Origin: Elusimicrobiota bacterium
GTDB taxonomy: Bacteria > Elusimicrobiota > Elusimicrobia > JACQPE01
Direction of reading: 5' to 3'
Assembly: GCA_016207685.1 (NCBI GenBank)
Contig: JACQPE010000004.1
Coordinates: 1,559 to 65,558, forward strand
DNA length: 64,000 nucleotides
The notes beneath the pieces are model-generated. The model was not told the DNA's origin. It saw only the letters and a program-made list of their open reading frames with translations, and searched no databases. Both the position numbers and the translations under genes were made by a program. Of the stretch, positions 53,006 through 62,092 are shown piece after piece; position 1 is the stretch's first letter, and every line of letters begins with the position of its first letter.

Positions 53006-54994
53006 TTATTTTTTCTTCTCCTCTTCATGTTTTTCTTCGGCGCCGCCGATGACTTCGCGCACCGTGGTCAGGCCCTGCAGGCATTTCATGAGACCGTCTT
53101 GAATGATGGTTCTCATGCCGGAGGCTACGGCGGCATCCTTCAAGGGCCCGGCCGCCACCTCCTTAAGCGCCAGCGTGCGAATCCGATCATCCATCACCAG
53201 TAACTCATGAATACCGCAGCGCCCTTTAAATCCGGAGCCTTTGCATGTCGCGCAATCCTCTCCTTTGCCGCGATAAAGCTTGGCTCCGGCCGGCAACTCC
53301 ACCGCATGGGCCTTATAAATCTCCTTTTCCTCGGCTGTTGGCTCCACGGTGATCTTGCAATCAGGGCAGACCCGCCTGGAGAGCCTCTGGGCCAAAATCG
53401 CTTTCACCGTGCTCGCCACCATAAAGGCCGGTATCTTCATCTCCGTCAAGCGGGCGATCGAGCTTGGCGCATCGTTGGTATGAATCGTGGAAAAAACCAA
53501 ATGACCCGTCATGGCCGCTTCCATGGCGATATGGGCTGTTTCTTTATCGCGAATTTCACCGACCATGATCACATCGGGGTCCAACCGTAAAAATGACCGC
53601 AAGGCCGCGGAAAAATCGAAAAATTTATCCCCGCTTAATTTTAAGTCCGGATTAACAGGAACTTGAACAATGCCGTCGAGATTATACTCCACGGGATTTT
53701 CCGCGGTTAAAATTTTAATGTCGGGCCTGTTAATAAAATTTAACGATCCATAAAGCGTCGTTGATTTGCCCGATCCCGTAGGTCCGCAAACCAAAACCAG
53801 GCCAAAATTCTTCTTGCCGCCGACGCCTTTTAAAAGTCCCAAATATTTCTCCAGCGTGTCGGGCAAAAAGCCCATGGTATTGATATCCACCTGCACGCTG
53901 CGCCGATCCAGGACTCGCATGACGCAAGACTCGCCATAAGCCGTAGGCACAACTTCCACGCGAAACTCAAGCGGATTGCCCTTGGCGATGACTTGGATGC
54001 GCCCCGATTGGGGAATTCGCCGCTCGGTGATATTCATGGATTTGGTCATAATTTTGATTTTAGCGATCAAAGCGTTGCGAAAAAGCCAAGGAATCTTAAT
54101 GTAACGCGCATCTTTCAGCATCCCGTCAACGCGTAAACGGATACCCACTTTGCTTCTCTTGCCACGAGGGTCCTCAAAAGGCTCGATATGAATATCAGAG
54201 GCCTTCTCGCGGATGGCCGCCAAAATAATAATGTTCATAAGCTTCTCGACTTCCGGAGCGGACGTATCGACTTCTGTAATGTCTGATTTTTGTTCGCTGC
54301 TTTGAATCTCCAGGCCTTCGGACATCGTGCCCAGGTCCTGGCTGCGCACATCCTCCAAGGCCTTTTCCAAAGCTTCACTGGCGGCTTCCGCCTGGCTGGG
54401 GCCTCCTTCTTCCTCAACTTCCTCCTCCTGCTCCTCATCCAGTTCTTCGGCGGCCATTTCAATCGCGGAAGGGCCGGATTTGACGTGCGCTTCGGACGAA
54501 GGGCTTGAAGGGCCGTCTTTCGGATCTCCTCCCAATGCCTTGCGGCCGGCGGCCAAAATATCATCGGGGAATGCGAAATAACTTCTGACTTGAAATCCTG
54601 TGCGCAATTGAATGTCATCCGCCACAAATAAATCGCGCGGATCGGGCATGGCCACCAAAAGCATCCCCTCCTCTTTCATGAACGGCAGCAACGTATGCCG
54701 GCGCTGCAAGGCCTCCGGGACCAGGTGAATCACATCCGGATCAATGGCCAATTGAGATAAATCAACGGCCTTCACATTCCATCCCTTCATGATTATTTCC
54801 AGCAGCTTGGCTCGATCCGCCAACTTTTTACGCAAAATAAACATCAAAAATTGCGCCACATTGCCCTTGGCCTTGACCCAAAGCAGGTCTAATTGCTTGG
54901 CGTCAATCAAATGGGATTCAACAAGAAGTTCTTTAAGTGTTTTTTTACGAACAAGCGCTTCCATGGGATTTATTAATAGGGAACCAACGGGCAA
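53006..54994 (-). CDS. PilB/GspE-family secretion ATPase with MshEN-like N-terminal domain
   Basis: N-terminus TLKELLVESHLIDAKQLDLLW; acidic linker; Walker A LVCGPTGSGKSTTLY; C-terminal tetra-Cys CPDCK...CATCKGSGFKGRCG. Confidence 0.8.
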   Translation of the reverse strand: MPVGSLLINPMEALVRKKTLKELLVESHLIDAKQLDLLWVKAKGNVAQFLMFILRKKLADRAKLLEIIMKGWNVKAVDLSQLAIDPDVIHLVPEALQRRHTLLPFMKEEGMLLVAMPDPRDLFVADDIQLRTGFQVRSYFAFPDDILAAGRKALGGDPKDGPSSPSSEAHVKSGPSAIEMAAEELDEEQEEEVEEEGGPSQAEAASEALEKALEDVRSQDLGTMSEGLEIQSSEQKSDITEVDTSAPEVEKLMNIIILAAIREKASDIHIEPFEDPRGKRSKVGIRLRVDGMLKDARYIKIPWLFRNALIAKIKIMTKSMNITERRIPQSGRIQVIAKGNPLEFRVEVVPTAYGESCVMRVLDRRSVQVDINTMGFLPDTLEKYLGLLKGVGGKKNFGLVLVCGPTGSGKSTTLYGSLNFINRPDIKILTAENPVEYNLDGIVQVPVNPDLKLSGDKFFDFSAALRSFLRLDPDVIMVGEIRDKETAHIAMEAAMTGHLVFSTIHTNDAPSSIARLTEMKIPAFMVASTVKAILAQRLSRRVCPDCKITVEPTAEEKEIYKAHAVELPAGAKLYRGKGEDCATCKGSGFKGRCGIHELLVMDDRIRTLALKEVAAGPLKDAAVASGMRTIIQDGLMKCLQGLTTVREVIGGAEEKHEEEKKK

Positions 54995-55009
54995 TAAAAA
55001 TACGCGCTG

Positions 55010-56647
55010 TTAATGCTGCGATTGCTGCCAACCGGCGACTCGGGCCAAGGCTTGCGCGATTTCTCCAAGGGTTGCTCCGGCGTCAACGGCTCCAATCGCG
55101 ACGGGCACCACATTTTCTTGGGTCGCCATAACCTGGGCAAGACGCTCAAGGGCCCTCTCGACGCGTTTTTTCTCGCGCTGCCTACGGTGTCGCGCCAACG
55201 CCCGCACGCTTTGGTTCTCCGATAAGGGCCGGACCTTAAAAGCCTTGACGCCGCTGGAATCATGATCTCCACCAAAAGTATTTACACCAACGATGGGAAT
55301 TTTTCCAGACTCAATTGCCATTTGATAATGATAGCTTGACTGGGCGATTGCCTGGCCGGCAAAACCATCCTTAATGGCCTCAAGCATGCCCCCGTGCCGG
55401 CTGATTTCTTCAAGACGGTCTTTGACCGAAACCACGATGTCTTGAGTTAAAGCTTCAATGGCATAGGAACCGCCAACCGGGTCCGCCGTGTCGGCAATGC
55501 CAGTTTCAAGCGCCAAAATTTGCTGGGTTCTCAAGGCCAAAAGCTGGGCTTGCTCCGTGGGAATAGCCAAAGCTTCATCAAAGGAATTGGTGTGGAGGCT
55601 TTGGGCGCCGCCCAAAACAGCGGCCATTGCTTGCAACGACACGCGAACGGCATTATTGAAGGGATCCTGCCGCGCCAAGGTTGATCCGCAGGTCTGGGCA
55701 TGAAAACGCAAATGAAGCATTTTAGGGTCTTCAATGCCGTAGCGCAAGCGCACTAAATGCGCCCAAATTTTTCGCGCGGCCCGGAACTTGGCGATTTCCT
55801 CTAGAAAATGGTTGTGCACGCCAAAGAAAAAACTTAACCGCTGTAACAAAGTCTTAATGGAGCCAACCCTGGCCTTAAATTGATCCAAATAGACCAGCGC
55901 ATTACCGAAGGTGAAAGCCAACTCATCAACGGCCGTAGCCCCAGCCTCCCGGATATGATACCCGGAAACGGACACAGGATAAAAAAGAGGAGTCTCCTTC
56001 ACGGAATACTCCATCAAATCGCAGGCCAAACGCAAGCTGGGGGCCGGCGGAAAAGCATAGGTTCCGCGCGCCAAATACTCCTTTAAAATGTCATTTTGCA
56101 CGGTGCCGCGCAAAATTTTAGGGTCTAATCCGCGGCGCCTGGCCAGGACCACCAAACAAGAATAAAGAACAAGGGCCGTGGCATTGATGGTCATGGAAAT
56201 CGAAACCTTGCTTAAATCAATGCCCTTAAAAAGCCGCTCGAAATCCCAAATGCCGCCGACGCTCACCCCGACCTTTCCAACCTCCCCCTTGCTGTTGGGA
56301 TGATCCGGATCAAGCCCCATTTGCGTGGGTAAATCAAAGGCCAGCGACAACCCCGTTTCACCATGACCGATTAAATAATGAAACCGCTTGTTCGTTTCCG
56401 CAGCTGTTCCATAGCCGCAATACATGCGCATCGTCCAGAGCTTGGCTTGATATCCTTGAGGGTAAAGCCCGCGCGCAAAAGGAAACTTGCCGGGCTCGCC
56501 TTCCTGCCGCAAGGTCACGTCGTTGATATCCTGGTGCGTGTACACTCTCTTGATATCAAAACCGCTTGGCGTCTGAAATTCCATCGCCGGCGGCGTTCGA
56601 TTGTTGGATGTGCTATCGGAATTCTTAACTTCAGCCGTCAAAGTCAA
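55010..56647 (-). CDS. methylmalonyl-CoA mutase, catalytic (large/N-terminal) subunit
   Basis: FPFARGLYPQGYQAKLWTMRMYCGYGTAAETNKRFHYLIGHGETGLSLAFDLPTQMG. Confidence 0.85.
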   Translation of the reverse strand: MTLTAEVKNSDSTSNNRTPPAMEFQTPSGFDIKRVYTHQDINDVTLRQEGEPGKFPFARGLYPQGYQAKLWTMRMYCGYGTAAETNKRFHYLIGHGETGLSLAFDLPTQMGLDPDHPNSKGEVGKVGVSVGGIWDFERLFKGIDLSKVSISMTINATALVLYSCLVVLARRRGLDPKILRGTVQNDILKEYLARGTYAFPPAPSLRLACDLMEYSVKETPLFYPVSVSGYHIREAGATAVDELAFTFGNALVYLDQFKARVGSIKTLLQRLSFFFGVHNHFLEEIAKFRAARKIWAHLVRLRYGIEDPKMLHLRFHAQTCGSTLARQDPFNNAVRVSLQAMAAVLGGAQSLHTNSFDEALAIPTEQAQLLALRTQQILALETGIADTADPVGGSYAIEALTQDIVVSVKDRLEEISRHGGMLEAIKDGFAGQAIAQSSYHYQMAIESGKIPIVGVNTFGGDHDSSGVKAFKVRPLSENQSVRALARHRRQREKKRVERALERLAQVMATQENVVPVAIGAVDAGATLGEIAQALARVAGWQQSQH

Positions 56648-56975
56648 TCTGGTCTCCTATGCCGGTACCCGAAGCCGCAATCGTTCCTCTCGGCAATTCA
56701 ATCACCCGATCCGCTTTCCAATAGATACGCGACAGTCTCCAGGGCGCCAGCGTTTCGGCCCCCACAACCTCATTATGCCGGTTAATAAACAAGCAATCAA
56801 TTGGGTACCGCATAAAAAACGTATGCACCTGCGGACACACGGAATATAGGACCATGGCCTCGCCATTGTCCAGCGGACGCTGGCCCAAAAGGCCTTGAAT
56901 ACGCTCCCAAAAACCTCGGGCCAGCCGCAGGCGTCCGGCGATTTCGATGCGGCGCGTGCGGTTTTTTATTACCAA
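56631..56975 (-). CDS. DUF192 family protein
   Basis: ~114 aa with VHTFFMRYPIDCLFIN-type core. Confidence 0.55.
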   Translation of the reverse strand: MVIKNRTRRIEIAGRLRLARGFWERIQGLLGQRPLDNGEAMVLYSVCPQVHTFFMRYPIDCLFINRHNEVVGAETLAPWRLSRIYWKADRVIELPRGTIAASGTGIGDQIDFDG

Positions 56976-58000
56976 ACGAAATCAACGCCCAAAAAGCCCA
57001 GGAGGCCGGAAAAACTCCATGAACCCAAATCCTTGTTGGTCACCCGTGTCGTTTGGCGCTCCGCGTCAACCGATCCGGCAACCGAAGTCGCCGCCTGGTA
57101 ACCCAGCTCCAAACGGATCATGTGATTTCGTGAAGCGGCCCACTCGATACCATACTGAACGCGGCCGGCGAAAACAGTTTGGCTGCGGCTCGCCGAAAGC
57201 AGAACCTGATCGCTGGTGCTCACGGATCCCTCAATAGGGCTTTCGCTGCCATAGTCAATATCCGTATCCACGGAAAACGTATAGGTGCGGTCAACCTTGG
57301 TATTAATAAGCCCAAGGCCGATGAGCCAATGCGGTTTAAGCGCCAGAGACGATTTAGAATCCATCTGAACAAAAAAGATCAATGGAACCTGGCGCATGGA
57401 TTCGTCAATTTCCAGACGCGCGTAAGAATACATGGAATCATCGCCGCCGCCGTCGATGCTTAATGTATCCAATCCAATATCGTTGCTGACGATTCGGTTG
57501 TTGAGCGAGCCATACCCCAAAGAAACACCCACGGCCATGCCGTGGTCAACGTAATAACGATAAACAATTTCCGGTAAAAATCCGGACGGCGACCATTCGG
57601 TCCTGCTAAAACTATAGATGAACGTATCGGACACGCCTGCCGTCTGTGTCGTGACGACGGTATGCAATATATCAACCACATTGTTAGAATGCCAATTGGG
57701 ATTGCCGCCGCCCAGCAAGCTGGGCTGCGAAAAAAAACCAAGCTCAATGCCGAAGGAACTGGCTTCATCTAAATTCCATTCAGAATGCTGCGGGCCCCTG
57801 CTGCGCGAGGAGCGACGCTCATACTCTTCATAACGGCGCGGATCATACCCGTATTCTCGGATCGATGGAACCTCATCCGGAACAGACGGCAAGCTCGAAG
57901 ATGCGGCCCGAAGTTCAACATTCATTGCGCCCAACAATATCCCCAAAACCAAGACACGGGGCCCCTGTTGACGCAGAATCGTCTGCCTGAATCTTTTCAC
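56969..58000 (-). CDS. hypothetical outer-membrane beta-barrel protein (GTG start)
   Basis: start moved to GTG at 58000 (VKRFRQTILRQQGPRVLVLGILLGAMNVELRA is a signal peptide), 1 nt after the ALDH stop; the ORF-track start would overlap ALDH by 265 nt; C-terminus ...FLGVDFVW. Confidence 0.4.
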   Translation of the reverse strand: MKRFRQTILRQQGPRVLVLGILLGAMNVELRAASSSLPSVPDEVPSIREYGYDPRRYEEYERRSSRSRGPQHSEWNLDEASSFGIELGFFSQPSLLGGGNPNWHSNNVVDILHTVVTTQTAGVSDTFIYSFSRTEWSPSGFLPEIVYRYYVDHGMAVGVSLGYGSLNNRIVSNDIGLDTLSIDGGGDDSMYSYARLEIDESMRQVPLIFFVQMDSKSSLALKPHWLIGLGLINTKVDRTYTFSVDTDIDYGSESPIEGSVSTSDQVLLSASRSQTVFAGRVQYGIEWAASRNHMIRLELGYQAATSVAGSVDAERQTTRVTNKDLGSWSFSGLLGFLGVDFVW

Positions 58001-58001
58001 G

Positions 58002-59555
58002 TTATTGATCAATCTGGGCTTTTTGAAGCCGCCCGGAATAATCCACATATACCGCTTTCCATTCGGTAAAAATATCAAGAACCGCTTGGCCTGCTTCGCG
58101 ATGGCCGTTGCCCGTGTGCTTGACACCGCCAAAAGGCAAATGCACTTCCGCGCCGATCGTGGGCGCGTTGATATAGGTAATTCCTGTTTGCATGTCCCGC
58201 ACCGCCTGCATGACGCGATTGACATCCCTTGTGTAGACCGAACCCGAAAGGCCATAGCGAGTGCCATTCATCACCTGGAGCCCCTGTTCAAAAGTCTTAA
58301 CCTTAATGACCATCAACACAGGCCCAAAAATTTCTTCTTGAGCCAAGCGCATGTCCGGGGCGCCTTCAAAAATAGTCGGCTCAAAATAAAATCCTTGCCC
58401 CAAGACGCCTTCCGTAGCCCGGCGGCCTCCCAAAAGCAGCCTTGCTTTGTCCTCGCGTAATCCGATGTCCACATAGCGCTTCACCGTTTCGAGCTGGTCC
58501 TCGCTCACCAAAGGCCCCACTTGGGAATCTGCATCAAGGCCATTGCCCAATTTTAATTTTGAGGCCGCTTGGACCAATTTCTCGATCAACGCTCCATAAA
58601 TCCCCTCCTGAATAATGAGGCGGCTGGTGGCTGTGCAGCGCTGCCCCGTCGTGCCAAAAGCGCCCCATAGAGCGCCCTCAATCGCCAAGTCTACGTCCGC
58701 ATCATCAAGCACCAGTTGAGCGTTTTTGCCGCCCATCTCCAAAGAAACTTTTTTAAACAATTGACCGCAAGCCGCTGCGATCGAGGACCCCACCTCGGAG
58801 GATCCCGTAAAAGAAATCAGCCGGACCACCGGTGACTCAATCAACGCTTGTCCCAAGACGGAGCCGCTGCCATGAACCAAATTAACGACGCCCGCCGGAA
58901 TACCCGCCTCTTCCAAAATTTCCACCAAAAGCGTGGCGGTCGCCGGGGTGCAGGATGCCGGCTTAAAAACAACCGTGTTACCGCACAAAAGCGCCGGAAA
59001 TATTTTCCATGAAGGAATCGCCATGGGAAAATTCCATGGCGTGATCAAGCCGCAAACGCCGATGGAACTCCTCACGGTCATGGCAAATTTATCGGCCAAC
59101 TCGGAAGTTGTCGTGACGCCAAATAGACGCCGGCCTTCGCCCGCGAAATAAAGCGCCGTGTCAATAGCTTCCTGCACATCGCCCCGGGTTTCTTTTAACA
59201 CCTTGCCCATCTCTTGAGTCATCACTTGGGCCAAGGCTTCTTTGCGTTCGAGCAAAACCTGGTAGGCCCGCAAAATCCGTTCAGCCCTCTTTGGCGCCGG
59301 CACCAATCTCCACGAGGCGTACGCCTCCGAGGCTGCAACGACGGCCTCATTCAAATCCTCCGCCGCTGATGATGGCCACCGGCCCAAAAGCTCTCCGGTT
59401 GCCGGATTAATATTGTCAAATGTCTTGCCGGAACGCGACGCCTTCCATTGGCCATTGATATAGTTATAAGCGCCGGGCAGCCGGACCGCCCTGGAAACGC
59501 CATCCATGATATCGGCTATTTTTTTATTAGTCCTATGCAATGTCGTGCTTGCCAT
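58002..59555 (-). CDS. NAD(P)-dependent aldehyde dehydrogenase
   Basis: [11 protein letters not shown] and catalytic [14 protein letters not shown]. Confidence 0.85.
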   Translation of the reverse strand: MASTTLHRTNKKIADIMDGVSRAVRLPGAYNYINGQWKASRSGKTFDNINPATGELLGRWPSSAAEDLNEAVVAASEAYASWRLVPAPKRAERILRAYQVLLERKEALAQVMTQEMGKVLKETRGDVQEAIDTALYFAGEGRRLFGVTTTSELADKFAMTVRSSIGVCGLITPWNFPMAIPSWKIFPALLCGNTVVFKPASCTPATATLLVEILEEAGIPAGVVNLVHGSGSVLGQALIESPVVRLISFTGSSEVGSSIAAACGQLFKKVSLEMGGKNAQLVLDDADVDLAIEGALWGAFGTTGQRCTATSRLIIQEGIYGALIEKLVQAASKLKLGNGLDADSQVGPLVSEDQLETVKRYVDIGLREDKARLLLGGRRATEGVLGQGFYFEPTIFEGAPDMRLAQEEIFGPVLMVIKVKTFEQGLQVMNGTRYGLSGSVYTRDVNRVMQAVRDMQTGITYINAPTIGAEVHLPFGGVKHTGNGHREAGQAVLDIFTEWKAVYVDYSGRLQKAQIDQ

Positions 59556-59572
59556 GAATCCTCCTTAAACCA

Positions 59573-59995
59573 TCAAGTAACTTCTTTGCTTGTGATTCCA
59601 ATTTTGGGTTCTTTCCCAAAACGCGCCGCGATTGTAGTGGATAAGCCCCCGCGCGCATTAAACTCCCCCTTGACTTCGCAAAAAACAGGTCTCACCGCCG
59701 AAACTAAATCTCTCAAAATTCTATTGATGACATTTTCCTGAAAAATGCCCACCTGACGGTACGCATTAATGTAAATCTTCAACGCCTTGAGTTCCGCCAC
59801 CCAAGCGCCCGGCACATACCTCAAGCGGATGCGGCCAAAATCCGGCAGCCCTGTCCTGGGGCAAATGGATGTGAACTCCGGGATATCAATCGTGATCTCA
59901 TAGTTTGGGTATTGATTGGAAAAAACTTCAATCCGCGGCAGCCCGGTCTTGCGGCCGCTTTGAGCATGCTCGTGTGTGTAAAGGGCGCTTTTCAT
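59573..59995 (-). CDS. queF: NADPH-dependent 7-cyano-7-deazaguanine reductase
   Basis: FTSICPRTGLPDFGRIRLRYVPG and QueF motif ELKALKIYINAYR. Confidence 0.8.
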   Translation of the reverse strand: MKSALYTHEHAQSGRKTGLPRIEVFSNQYPNYEITIDIPEFTSICPRTGLPDFGRIRLRYVPGAWVAELKALKIYINAYRQVGIFQENVINRILRDLVSAVRPVFCEVKGEFNARGGLSTTIAARFGKEPKIGITSKEVT

Positions 59996-60022
59996 TGCGT
60001 GTAACCATTCATAAATCGTCTA

Positions 60023-60094
60023 TGTCCCCAAGTGGAATTGAACCACTATCTTTGCCTTCGCAGGGCAACACTCTATCCGTTGAGCTATGGGGAC
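60023..60094 (-). tRNA. tRNA-Arg, anticodon GCG
   Basis: cloverleaf folded by hand from GTCCCCATAGCTCAACGGATAGAGTGTTGCCCTGCGAAGGCAAAGATAGTGGTTCAATTCCACTTGGGGACA; acceptor 7 bp, Arg-type D-arm, anticodon loop CTGCGAA. Confidence 0.75.
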
Positions 60095-60163
60095 TCAAGA
60101 ACAAACGAACGCTACAGTTTAGCCTTTCTTGGAATTCTCGAAAAGCAAGGTGTAAAATAAAAC

Positions 60164-60712
60164 ATGGAGAAAAAAACAAGCTCAATGAAGGGCATTTATT
60201 CTACCCCATCGCTTAATGAAACCATGCTGCCTCAAGGGATCTGCCTTGGCTGCGGCATCAACAATCCACATGGTTTTCGAGCAAAATTTTGGCGCGGCCC
60301 GGATAACACCGATGAAATCATTGGCCGCGTCACTATTCCTGAACATGGCTGTGGCTGGCCGGGCATTGTGCATGGAGGATCATTATTCACGGTACTTGAT
60401 TGCTTGGCTGCCTGGACCGTCTTCGCCGCGAGGCCCGGAGCGCCGACGGTAAATGTGACCCAATCAGCCACAAGCCGGTATTTTAAGCCGGCGCGGCCCG
60501 GCCAAATCCTCTCGTTAGCGGGAACGCTGCGCGATGCGGGCCATGATCGCTCAAGTCCTGTCATTACCTTTGGCCAAATCCATAATGACCAGGGCCAACT
60601 CCTCGCTGAACTCGAGGCTTCTTTAATGACTTTGAAGCCCGCCGTGTTCAAACGCCTGACAGGACTCGCCCAGCTTCCGCCTGACTATCAACGCCATTTC
60701 CCGGACTTGTAA
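60164..60712 (+). CDS. PaaI/hotdog-fold acyl-CoA thioesterase
   Basis: GIVHGGSLFTVLDCLAAWTVFA. Confidence 0.65.
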   Translation: MEKKTSSMKGIYSTPSLNETMLPQGICLGCGINNPHGFRAKFWRGPDNTDEIIGRVTIPEHGCGWPGIVHGGSLFTVLDCLAAWTVFAARPGAPTVNVTQSATSRYFKPARPGQILSLAGTLRDAGHDRSSPVITFGQIHNDQGQLLAELEASLMTLKPAVFKRLTGLAQLPPDYQRHFPDL

Positions 60713-60765
60713 GTGAAAAAAATTTGTTGTTCACTCCGATCTCCCGACCCCTAACTCCTAATTTT

Positions 60766-60854
60766 GGAGAGATGCGTGAGCGGTTGAAACGGCACGCCTG
60801 GAAAGCGTGTATAGCCGAAAGGCTATCGAGGGTTCGAATCCCTCTCTCTCCGCA
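60766..60854 (+). tRNA. tRNA-Ser, anticodon GGA
   Basis: class II tRNA: acceptor GGAGAGA/TCTCTCC, D-loop GAGCGGTTGAA identical to E. coli tRNA-Ser, anticodon loop CTGGAAA, long variable arm TAGCC-GAAA-GGCTA, T-loop TTCGAAT; T-run follows. Confidence 0.85.
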
Positions 60855-61321
60855 CTTTTTTAGAGAAAAAGTACGGTTCGGACGGCCCCTGCTCGGAGGG
60901 CAGGGACCCTTGAAGCGCCTGAGGCGCGTTGAGCCGGAGGCGCTGGGACGAATATAAAATATGTCCCATTCTCTCCGCAGAAGTTGACAGATTTCAAAAC
61001 TCTACCGCAAGAAAGCCGCGTTCATGTTGGGCAACGGGCGGAGCAATAGCTCAACCGTCTTTCTAGGCCATTCATGGTTGAGATTATCCTCCGTTGTGGG
61101 TATCCCAGCGCCTCGGCGCACACAACAATCCCTGTTTTTGGGGCTCAATAGGTTCATTTGCATTATGGCCTGTCGTTTTGCTGTCTACGCTTCACGACCA
61201 GCGTCGCCGAGGACCTTGCAAGACGCGCTACGACCCTGCGGGCTAGGCTTTGGGTTGATGGAACTTGCATCCATTGGATTTCTACGGCTTTCCTGGCGCA
61301 GGGGGGTTAGGGGTTAAAAAA

Positions 61322-61831
61322 TTAGTTTCCCTGACATGCGGAGTCAAAGGGGATCGGCTCAAAATCAACGCCCATCTCTAAATTCATCGTCCCGTCACTG
61401 GCAAATTCGCCGCCCGCGTCTTTGAACATGGAATAATAAATGGCTTTCATGACTTCTTTATAGAATCCAATATCGCTGACAGTAAGGGCCTCATCGCTGA
61501 AGGATTGGTTATTCGCCGCAATCAAATACCGCAAGGCGTATTCGCCCTTCAATGTCAACGTCTTGATCCCATAGTCCCCGGGCCGGCACGATTTCAGGGG
61601 AACGCTCGCATTGGTGTAGCGAAATAACACCTCGGCCGTGGAACCGCCGCGAACGCGCCAACTGTTCGGACGGCGATCCACCCATTCCTGCGCATTGCGT
61701 TTAATGAACCCTCTTAAGCTCATCTCCCATCCCTGTTCACCGGACTGCGCCAAAGCCCAGGTGATCACAATTCCTGTCATCACCGCTGAAAATCCTAAAA
61801 TCAACGTCCTGTGCCTCATGGTATCCTCCAA
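61322..61831 (-). CDS. hypothetical exported protein
   Basis: N-terminal hydrophobic helix LILGFSAVMTGIVITWALA; no family recognised. Confidence 0.35.
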   Translation of the reverse strand: MEDTMRHRTLILGFSAVMTGIVITWALAQSGEQGWEMSLRGFIKRNAQEWVDRRPNSWRVRGGSTAEVLFRYTNASVPLKSCRPGDYGIKTLTLKGEYALRYLIAANNQSFSDEALTVSDIGFYKEVMKAIYYSMFKDAGGEFASDGTMNLEMGVDFEPIPFDSACQGN

Positions 61832-62092
61832 AATAAATCCTGAAATTAGTCTAACAGTGAAAACCGCGATTGCAAGGCATTAATTTCTAAACCTAAAGAG
61901 GCTCAAGAGAAGGAAGCTGCCCAGAAAAATCAAGAAAGAACAAAGAAGGCTCTTATTCTTTTTGAACAAAACTCAAGTCATCCCTCCCTGGGCCACGAAA
62001 AATGGCCGGGCAAGAAAAAATTGACGAAATCCGCGTCTCCGATTCCCACCGGATCACGTATCAAAAAATCTACGATGAGGCGACCCTAAATA

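Noticed and set aside
60855-61321. tmRNA or SRP RNA in the ORF-poor region after tRNA-Ser; ORF 61024..61317 (97 aa)
   Set aside because: On neither strand is there a tRNA-like T-loop (GGTTCGAATCC-type), an alanine-tag reading frame (..ALAA*), or the SRP domain IV motif (GGUCCGGAAGGAAGCAGC). The 97-aa ORF is Arg/Ser/Leu-rich with no recognisable domain. It is left unannotated.
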